Below, piece after piece: positions 57,010 to 64,000 of a stretch of 64,000 bases of DNA (its first letter is position 1; each line of letters opens with the position of its first letter). Below the pieces are notes generated by a model. That model was not told the origin of the DNA, searched no databases, and worked only from the letters and a program-made list of their open reading frames with translations. The position numbers were made by a program, and so were the translations under genes. Origin of the DNA: Alphaproteobacteria bacterium (GTDB lineage: Bacteria > Pseudomonadota > Alphaproteobacteria > UBA828); the NCBI GenBank assembly GCA_965214705.1, contig OZ243972.1, positions 3,424,001 through 3,488,000 of the forward strand, given 5' to 3'.

Positions 57010-58689
57010 ATGACCGACAGCGACGGCACCGAGACCGCCGAGACGGCGATGAGCAACGCGTTCGACAGGGCGGGCTATACTAGCCCCGGCGCCGACGCGC
57101 CGTCCGACGATGGGCCGGAGCCCCGGCATTACGCCTCGCCCACCGCCGCCATCTGCGACCACGCCGCCCTCTACGGCGCCACCCCCGAGCCCGGCGAGCC
57201 CGACAACCGCGTCGTCTGGGACGAAGCCGAGGCCGTCGCCGGTATCGAGCAGACCGTCCACACGCTGATCGAGAACGTCGTCCCCGACGGCACCCAGCTC
57301 GCCGACGAGCGCGAGGGCCTGCTGTGGGGGTTTGTGAACATGCTGCACGCGCAGGCGGACCGCATCGACCGGACGGCCGACAAGATCGTTCTCGAGATGC
57401 GCGACCTCGAACGCGCCCAGGACGGCACCGAGGTGAAGGCCCTCGAGCTGGAGCGCCTTACCGAGCGCGCCAGGAACCTCGGCGATCGCCGCGACGCCTT
57501 CGAGACGATGCGCGACTTCGCCGCGGACGCGTACCGCGTCGAGACCGGCCAGGTCTGGCGCCCGCGCCGCGGATCGCATACCAGCCGGACCGGCCAGCTC
57601 ACCTCCGCCGCCATTGACGCCCGCGACTTCCGGCGCGCCCGCAAGGACAGCGAGACCCGCGCGCACCTGCCGCAGGGCACCCTGGTGGCCATCGCCGGCG
57701 GCAAGGAGGTCGCGGACGGCGCCGCCGTCTGGACCACGCTCGACCGCACCCGCGAGAAGTACGGCGACATGGTCCTGCTGCACGGCGGCAGCCCCGGCGT
57801 CGAGAAGATCGCGGCGAGCTGGGCCGAGGCGAGGGGCGTCGACCAGGTGGTGTGCCGCCCGGACTGGAACGCGCACGGCAAGGCCGCGCCCTTCCGCAGG
57901 AATGACGAGCTGCTGAACCTGTTGCCCAAGGGCGTCATCGCGTTCCCCGGATCGGGCATCACCGGAAACCTGGTCGACAAGGCGCGGAAGCTCGGCATCC
58001 CCGTTTACCGAGTTCCCGAGCGCACGGAGGCGACACCCCTGGTGCCGATCTATGCCGGGGTCGGCGCCCGGGCGACGCCCGAGCCGGTGCTCGCCCACAT
58101 GCGGGAGATCGCGGAGCGGCTCGGCGAGCGCGGCTGGCGGCTGCGCACCGGCGGCGCGGACGGGGCCGACAAGGCTTTCGCCGCCGCCGCGCCCGCCGAC
58201 CGGCGCGAGGTCATCGTGCCCTGGCGCGGCTACAACGGCCTGGACACTGGTGCCGGAGACGGGAGCGCCTGCCGCGTGCTCACGCCGGCCGAGATCGAGG
58301 CGATGCGGCCGCTCGCAGAACCTCACCATGCCGCATGGGAGCGCTGCGCGGCGAAGGTGCGGGACCTTCACGCCCGCAACGTCGCCGTCCTGCTGGGAAC
58401 CGATCTGAAACAGCCGGCGCAGGCCGTGGTGTGCTGGACCAGGGACGGCCAGGACTACGGCGGTACGGGACTGGCCATCCGCCTCGCGCAGCATCACCGG
58501 ATCCCGGTTCTCAACCTCGCCGAGATGGATATGCGCACGGCGATGGATCGCCTGGAACGGATCGCACAGACGCTCGACCGCAGGAACGACAAGCAGGAAG
58601 CCGTCGGCGGCCGTTCCGCGGACGCAGACCGGCACGCGTCGGCCGACCGGGTGCAAAAGGCGACCCGGCAGCGCTCCATGCATCTCTGA
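57010..58689 (+). CDS. DUF2493/YspA-like SLOG protein with a second C-terminal SLOG domain
   Basis: SLOG1 'VAIAGG...VLLHGG...AAPFRRNDELL...VIAFPGSGITGNLVDKA'. SLOG2 'YAGVGARATP...LRTGGADGADKAF...ARNV...GGTGLAIRLA..HRIPVLNL'. Confidence 0.8.
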   Translation: MTDSDGTETAETAMSNAFDRAGYTSPGADAPSDDGPEPRHYASPTAAICDHAALYGATPEPGEPDNRVVWDEAEAVAGIEQTVHTLIENVVPDGTQLADEREGLLWGFVNMLHAQADRIDRTADKIVLEMRDLERAQDGTEVKALELERLTERARNLGDRRDAFETMRDFAADAYRVETGQVWRPRRGSHTSRTGQLTSAAIDARDFRRARKDSETRAHLPQGTLVAIAGGKEVADGAAVWTTLDRTREKYGDMVLLHGGSPGVEKIAASWAEARGVDQVVCRPDWNAHGKAAPFRRNDELLNLLPKGVIAFPGSGITGNLVDKARKLGIPVYRVPERTEATPLVPIYAGVGARATPEPVLAHMREIAERLGERGWRLRTGGADGADKAFAAAAPADRREVIVPWRGYNGLDTGAGDGSACRVLTPAEIEAMRPLAEPHHAAWERCAAKVRDLHARNVAVLLGTDLKQPAQAVVCWTRDGQDYGGTGLAIRLAQHHRIPVLNLAEMDMRTAMDRLERIAQTLDRRNDKQEAVGGRSADADRHASADRVQKATRQRSMHL

Positions 58690-59097
58690 ATGTCAATCGG
58701 GTTTGAAGATCGACTCCAGTGTGAAGTCAATTTTCCACGCTTAACAACACTCCGCGGCGTGGAGAGCCTGTGGATCGAGTTGAAGCCAGCGCAGAAGTTC
58801 GCTGCGGCCTGATACCGTGACACCCCGCTGAAGACCTGTTGCGTGCAGCGTCCTTGCACCCACTGCCGGAGCGACCGCTTCAAGCTTGCCGACCGAACAT
58901 TGGAGGGACGGGTTTGCTCACCATCAGCTCGCTGACGCGATCTCGGCCGACGCGCTCTGCGCCGGCGCTATGACGGTGCCCGTCACTGGCATCACGCCGT
59001 GCTCGAGGCTGGGAGTGTCTGCCGACTGGTGTGAGCGGCTGCGGGGCGGTACCGAGTTGCGGCTTCGGTCTGCCGCCACGGCACGGTCTTCAAATCC

Positions 59098-60375
59098 TCA
59101 ACGACCCTGGTTCTCGAACGCCACCACCCGGACCTCCTCGATCCGTTCGTCCCCGGTGAAGCGCCAGATGCCGATATGCCCTCGGTGCAGATCGCCGTTC
59201 CCGTCCCAGTCCATGCTGTTCGAGGCACCTTCGTAATCGATCTCCCCGCCGTCGGCGAGAATGCGAAGCGCATCGGCTACGCCCTGCGGGCCGGCGTTCA
59301 CGACGGTACCCGGCGAACTGCCCACCGCGCGCAGCCGGTCGCGGATCGCAGCGCCGTCCAACCGGCCAGCGGCCTGCGCCGCAAGCGCCAGGGCGATCGT
59401 GGCGTCGTAGGCCTCCTTGACGTAGGCCAGAACCGGCAGCGCGCCGTACTCCGCGACCCAGGCCGCTTCCCAAGCCGCGGACGCGGCGCTCTCCGGCGCC
59501 GACGCCGGCCCTGTGCCGTACATGTTGCCGAGGCGGTCGCCGCCCAGGGACCGGACCAGGCCCGGCCGCTTGGCGCCGTCGCCGAAGACGAAGCTGTCGT
59601 AAAGGCCTTTGTCGATCGCCTCGCGGACCATGGCGAGTGCCGCCGTCTCGAAGGCTATGACCACCAGGGCCTGGGCGCCCCCGCTCGCGGACTCGCGCAG
59701 CGCGGCCAGGAAGTCGGTCTCAGTGCGGTCCACCGGGACGGTCTTGAGGGGACCGTCCCAAGCTGCCTCGAAGGCACCCGCAAGGCCTCGCCCCCATGGG
59801 TCGTCAACATGAAGCAGGCCGACATTGTCGAAGCCCCGCTCGCGCGCGAGGCGGGCGAGGACGGGCCCCTGGGACACGTCGGACAGCGCAACCCGAAACA
59901 GGAAGTCGTCGTCGGCGACGGCGGTCAGCGCCGGCGACGTGGCCGAGAAGCTGACGGTGGGGATGGCGGCCGGGCCGATCACCCGCTCGGCCACCGGCAG
60001 TGCGCTGGCGCTGGCGTTGGGGCCGACGATGGCATGCACGCCCTCGACCTCGACGAGACGCCGCGCCGCCGCGACGGCCTTCTCCGGGTCCGCCGTGGCG
60101 TCGGCAACCGCGACCGCCACCGGCAGACCGAACACGCCGCCGCCGTCGTTGACATGCTTGATCGCGAGTTCGAACGCCCTCTGCCTGTCCCTGTAGACCT
60201 CCGCCGAACCGCTGCTCAAGTCCAACAGCAATCCGATCTTGAGCGCAGTGGAATGTTCCGCCCGGGCTGCTGTCGGCTCGACTGTTCCGCCGATCAGCGC
60301 CATGGCCGCCGCACCCAGCAGCAGCTCGATTGCACGCGCTCGGAGAGATACCCGGTCGCAGAATTTGCGGATCAT
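59098..60375 (-). CDS. Branched-chain amino-acid-type ABC substrate-binding protein (LivK/LivJ-like)
   Basis: 'LKIGLLL...AIKHVNDGGGVFG', 'SATSPALT...FLFRVALSD..QG', 'AYDA', 'IDYEGAS'. Confidence 0.9.
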   Translation of the reverse strand: MIRKFCDRVSLRARAIELLLGAAAMALIGGTVEPTAARAEHSTALKIGLLLDLSSGSAEVYRDRQRAFELAIKHVNDGGGVFGLPVAVAVADATADPEKAVAAARRLVEVEGVHAIVGPNASASALPVAERVIGPAAIPTVSFSATSPALTAVADDDFLFRVALSDVSQGPVLARLARERGFDNVGLLHVDDPWGRGLAGAFEAAWDGPLKTVPVDRTETDFLAALRESASGGAQALVVIAFETAALAMVREAIDKGLYDSFVFGDGAKRPGLVRSLGGDRLGNMYGTGPASAPESAASAAWEAAWVAEYGALPVLAYVKEAYDATIALALAAQAAGRLDGAAIRDRLRAVGSSPGTVVNAGPQGVADALRILADGGEIDYEGASNSMDWDGNGDLHRGHIGIWRFTGDERIEEVRVVAFENQGR

Positions 60376-60859
60376 CGCGAACTACCTCCATCCGAACGCG
60401 CGGCCGAGAGAACCGGCTCGACATGCGCTTCATGATCGATCTTCCGAAGCTCGCGGCCTCCCGCCAATCCGGTCGCAAGCCCTGGCTCGCAGACGATCAT
60501 CGAGCTGGGGAACTTCTGCAAGCCCCGGCGCCATGGACGTCGAAGTGACGCGGCAACGTATCGGCAATCTCCTGGAAGCACTGCATCCACGCCGAGCCCA
60601 ATGGCGCGCATGGGGTCGGGGCCGGTGGAGCGGCATGAGTCCGGCGCGCGGCGCTGGCTGCCATCCGGCTTGGTCGGCCGCCCTCGCTCGGCTAGCGAGT
60701 CCCACCGGTCATCGACGGCGAGGAGCTCCGTCCATGCACGGCTTGCCCCGGCGGGTGCTGCGGTCGGCGTCCCCGTGCTCCTCCGCGCCGTCCAGGAGCG
60801 CGCGGAGGGCTGGGTGGCGCCTCATGTTCACGACGCTCCCCATGCCCCTCTGCGGGCCG

Positions 60860-63800
60860 CTACAGGCCCTGCGTGCGGCCCCGGTCGCGGGACCGGGACT
60901 GCGTGCGGTAGGCGTCCGAGAACCGCTCCATCCTGGACACCTCGCCGCGCAGCCGTTCGCGTCCCGCGCGGTCGAGATGCGCGCCGTAGGTCGCGGAATC
61001 GTCGAGGATCGCGCGTCCCGCCCGCAGAAGGCGCTCGTTGCGCTCCAGCCAGATCGGCCAGGAGCGCAGCTCCCGCGGCCTGACGTCGAGCTGGCGGGCG
61101 CGCTCGGAGATCGCCCTGTAGCGCAGCCAGTGCCGTTGCACGTCCCGCAGATGGCCGCGCACGCGATCGCGCGCTTCAACGTGCGTCCGGTACTGCCCGA
61201 CGATCTCCTCGAGTTGCGCGCGCGGCTCCGCGCCAAGCCCCTCGCTTCCGGCGAAGGCGGCGATGCGCTCGATCAGCGCGGCGGCGCTGTCGAGGTCGAA
61301 GCGGTGCACGCCCTCGCTCTCGGCCAGGAGGAGGTGCGTGCGCCAGTCGCGCCAGAGCCGCCGATAAGCCGCCTGCAAGCGATCCATGGACACTGCGCTC
61401 CGGGCGGTCTCCTCCTCCACCGGCCGGACCGGGGCGGTCTCACTGCCGGCATCCTGCGTCGTCCGCGCGGCGGCGGGTACGCTCTGCCGCACGTCCGCGG
61501 GCGGCCGCTCCGCGTCCTGGGATGGCGCCTCGCGCTGCTGTGCGGCCTCCTGCCGTGCCGCGTGGGCGGTCCTCGCCGTGACGGAGCGCAGGTAGCTGCC
61601 GGCGCGGGCATGGACGTCTCGAAGCTCCCGCAGCTCTCCTTCGCCGATGCCGGCGCGCTCGGAGAGAAGCCTCTCGAATACCTGCGGACGGGCCTTGAAC
61701 GAAGCGGCCTGCTTCATCAGCGCGCCGTGACGGTCGAGGGTCGCGCGGAAGGCGGGGCTGAGCGCGACGGCCTCGCCCTCGTCCCGGACGCGCGCGCGGA
61801 GGTGGTCCCAGGACGCCAGGACCTCGTTGCGCTCGGCCGCGAACGCGTCGACGGCCGCGCCGTGCCGCCAGCCGTTGACCGCGTGGCGGATGTCCTGGGC
61901 GATGCGCACGAGCGCATTGTCGTTGGCCGCCTCGCGCGTCTCCGCGGCGTCTCGATGCGGCTCCCGGCCGCCCCGGTCGTGCCTCGGCGCCTCTTCCCCG
62001 GCTTCCCGCCACATGCCGTCGGAGACGTAGTCGAGCGCCGCCTCCTTGGGCTGCGAGCGCGACCAGCGCTCGGCCAGATACGCCCGGACGTCGCTGTCGG
62101 TGACGGGCATGCCGGCCTCGTCCTCGGGCCTGTGCTCGGCGATGTCCAGGGCGAGCGGCGCACGGTTGACGTAGACGTCGAGCGCCTCGCGGTGCCGCGT
62201 CGCGGCGGGATAGATCGTCTCGCGCGCCGGCCTGTCGTCCACCAGCAGGAACGCCCGGTCCACGGTCAGCCCCTGGGCCGAGGCGATGGTCATGGCATAG
62301 CCGTAGTCGAGGCGGATGTTGTCGTGCCAGTCGCGGATCTCGTCGTGGCGGAACGCGACGCGCCTGCCGTCGTCGGTCCGCGCGGCGATGTGGACGGAGT
62401 ACTCGGGCTCGAAACGGTCCGGATCCGTTCCGCGGCACGCCGCCTCCCCGTTCCGGGCCTTGCGCGATACCGCCGCGTCGTCGGCGCGCCTCACTTCGAA
62501 GTCCTCGACGGTGACCACGGTGCCGTTGAAGAGCTGCTTCTCCCATTGCGTGGCGCCGATGCGGATGCGGTCGCCCACCGCGATCTCCAGCGGCTCCGTC
62601 AGGCGCCCGTCCAGGTCCCGGCTCACCTCGATCACGGCGCGCTTCGCATCGGGCGTCCGCGCGAGCATGCGCTCCCGCATGAGCCACGACAGCGCCCGGC
62701 CCTCGGCCTTCGTGCGTGCGAGCACGACGGTGGACGTGCCGGGCTCTGCGCGCACATGGCGCTCCCAGTCGTCCACCAGCGTCGTGAGCGTCTTCTCCTC
62801 GTCGTGGCAGAGATGGAGGCGGCCCCGCACATGCCAGGCCTCGATGGCCTTCTCCGCCTCGCCGTCCCTGAGCGCCTCCGACACCGCCACCTGCCACGGC
62901 GTGAACACCGGCTTGCGGTCCATCGCCTCGTAGTCCGCGACGATCACGTCTCGCTCTTCGGCGTTGGTGAGACCCGCCCGGAACCGCGCCTGCTCCGGAG
63001 TCTCCTTGTGGACATGGACCAGCACGTCCTCCAGGTCCGCCTTCTGGCGCCGGATCCGGTCCACGCGAATGCTGCCCGCGACGTCCCGAATGAGTCTCAA
63101 GCCCGGCCCCGCCTCGACGGGCTGCTGCTGCCGGGTGTCGCCCGCGAACACCACCTTGGCTCCGTGGCGCTCCGAGAGCTGAAGGACGTGGTGCGCCTGC
63201 CGCGTCGACAGCATGCCCGCCTCGTCCACCACGATCAGCGTGTTGCGGCCGATCTCCACCTGCCCCTTGGCGGCGAGCTTGAGGAGCTTGTCGACGCAAT
63301 AGGCGCGCGCATCGCAGTCGTCGCCGAGCGCGACCGCCGTGCGCCATGCCACCGCCGTCGGCACGATCTCGTAACCGTGCTCCTTGTGAAGGTCGGTGAT
63401 GGGCCTGAGCGTCGTGGTCTTGCCCGAGCCCGCCGCGCCCTCGATGACCGCCACGCGGCCGCCGTTGATGGTGGCGTGGTGGATGGCGAGCGACTGCTCC
63501 TGGCTCAGCGGATAGCCCTGCTCCAGCAGGGTCTTCACCTTCTCCCTGACCGCCTCTTCCGGCAGCTCGTGGCCGGCGCCGGCGGCCATGGAAGCCGCCA
63601 TGTCCTTCACCGCCTGTTCCAGCCCGAGGTTGTGGCGGGTGGAATAGACCTCGGTGTGGACCATCCCGGCCCTGGATTCGGCGGTCGGTTTCTTCGGCTC
63701 CAGCCGCTCGATCTCCGGGTTCCGCCGCAGGCGCTCGATGGCCGTCCCCACCGCCTCCCGGCCCATCAGACCCGCCGCCGCGTTCGCCGCCGCCTCCACC

Positions 63801-64000
63801 ATGTCCGGACGGCGGAACACCGCCTCCTCGCGTGCCAGATGGGCAGGAAGATCGTCGAGCCGGTCCGTCAGCTCACGGATTTGTTCTTGCCCGATCTTGA
63901 CCTCGTGACCGGTGACTGCGGCGATCAGCTCCTCGCGCTCGACGTAATCTTCGGCCTCGCTGCGCCAGCGCCGGTGCCTCACCTCGGGATCGTTGTCGTG
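60860..64000 (-). CDS. traA: Ti-type TraA relaxase-helicase (N-terminal relaxase domain lies beyond the window)
   Basis: RecD-like helicase motifs 'IEGAAGSGKTT', 'VVDEAGML', 'GDTRQQQPVEAG', 'RRQK', 'LDYGYAMTI..AQGLTVD', 'YPAATRHRE'. Frame is open to the window end. Confidence 0.85.
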   Translation of the reverse strand, partial: HDNDPEVRHRRWRSEAEDYVEREELIAAVTGHEVKIGQEQIRELTDRLDDLPAHLAREEAVFRRPDMVEAAANAAAGLMGREAVGTAIERLRRNPEIERLEPKKPTAESRAGMVHTEVYSTRHNLGLEQAVKDMAASMAAGAGHELPEEAVREKVKTLLEQGYPLSQEQSLAIHHATINGGRVAVIEGAAGSGKTTTLRPITDLHKEHGYEIVPTAVAWRTAVALGDDCDARAYCVDKLLKLAAKGQVEIGRNTLIVVDEAGMLSTRQAHHVLQLSERHGAKVVFAGDTRQQQPVEAGPGLRLIRDVAGSIRVDRIRRQKADLEDVLVHVHKETPEQARFRAGLTNAEERDVIVADYEAMDRKPVFTPWQVAVSEALRDGEAEKAIEAWHVRGRLHLCHDEEKTLTTLVDDWERHVRAEPGTSTVVLARTKAEGRALSWLMRERMLARTPDAKRAVIEVSRDLDGRLTEPLEIAVGDRIRIGATQWEKQLFNGTVVTVEDFEVRRADDAAVSRKARNGEAACRGTDPDRFEPEYSVHIAARTDDGRRVAFRHDEIRDWHDNIRLDYGYAMTIASAQGLTVDRAFLLVDDRPARETIYPAATRHREALDVYVNRAPLALDIAEHRPEDEAGMPVTDSDVRAYLAERWSRSQPKEAALDYVSDGMWREAGEEAPRHDRGGREPHRDAAETREAANDNALVRIAQDIRHAVNGWRHGAAVDAFAAERNEVLASWDHLRARVRDEGEAVALSPAFRATLDRHGALMKQAASFKARPQVFERLLSERAGIGEGELRELRDVHARAGSYLRSVTARTAHAARQEAAQQREAPSQDAERPPADVRQSVPAAARTTQDAGSETAPVRPVEEETARSAVSMDRLQAAYRRLWRDWRTHLLLAESEGVHRFDLDSAAALIERIAAFAGSEGLGAEPRAQLEEIVGQYRTHVEARDRVRGHLRDVQRHWLRYRAISERARQLDVRPRELRSWPIWLERNERLLRAGRAILDDSATYGAHLDRAGRERLRGEVSRMERFSDAYRTQSRSRDRGRTQGL

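Larger units (their letters stand above)
21676..58260. repeat. Dispersed 15-bp repeat family, consensus GAGACACTCGTGCCG, about 16 loci with 1-3 tandem units each
   Basis: Plus-strand copies near 21676, 25653 (x2), 26109 (x3), 28781, 29497, 32160, 32827 (x3), 33214 (x3), 37262, 56972, 58242. Minus-strand copies near 24699, 25010, 25726 (x2), 36582 (x3), 38755 (x2). Confidence 0.9.

Noticed and set aside
21676-58260. 15-bp repeats as a CRISPR array or shufflon sfx sites
   Set aside because: No regular spacers, no cas genes, no rci recombinase, and the copies are scattered in many genes rather than bounding pilV cassettes.
54229-58683. 1484-aa minus-strand ORF
   Set aside because: Shadow of virD4 and the SLOG gene; the plus-strand products carry clear family motifs.
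60372-60859. Short ORFs or an oriT between the ABC gene and traA
   Set aside because: No recognisable motifs. An oriT would be expected near the 5' end of traA, outside the window.
1-64000. tRNA, rRNA, integrase or att sites, replication genes
   Set aside because: None recognised, so plasmid versus ICE cannot be decided from this window.

Overview
This GC-rich bacterial window (by gene style probably a host- or sponge-associated alphaproteobacterium; inference) is mostly one conjugative element. From left to right: a partial LuxR-type regulator; an (AGCCG)~11 microsatellite; a 4756-aa surface adhesin with an internal 1026-bp duplication; a split FseA/DUF2285-like activator; a RelE/HigB-HigA-HEPN cassette; an RdfS-like HTH gene heading a ~40 kb co-oriented operon of type IVb pilus genes and IncI/Dot-Icm-like (MPF-I) transfer genes; a VirD4/TraG coupling protein; a tandem-SLOG protein; an orphan ABC substrate-binding protein; and the 3' part of a Ti-type TraA relaxase-helicase. 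dotG is interrupted by a nested MITE/IS composite and icmB by an IS1634-type element; both genes reconstruct in frame. The most unusual signal is a 15-bp unit, GAGACACTCGTGCCG, found at about 16 loci of the pil/tra region. It occurs as 1-3 tandem copies, in both orientations and four reading frames, always preserves the frame, and often looks like an insertion at a short microhomology. All product calls come from motif recognition by eye, not database searches.
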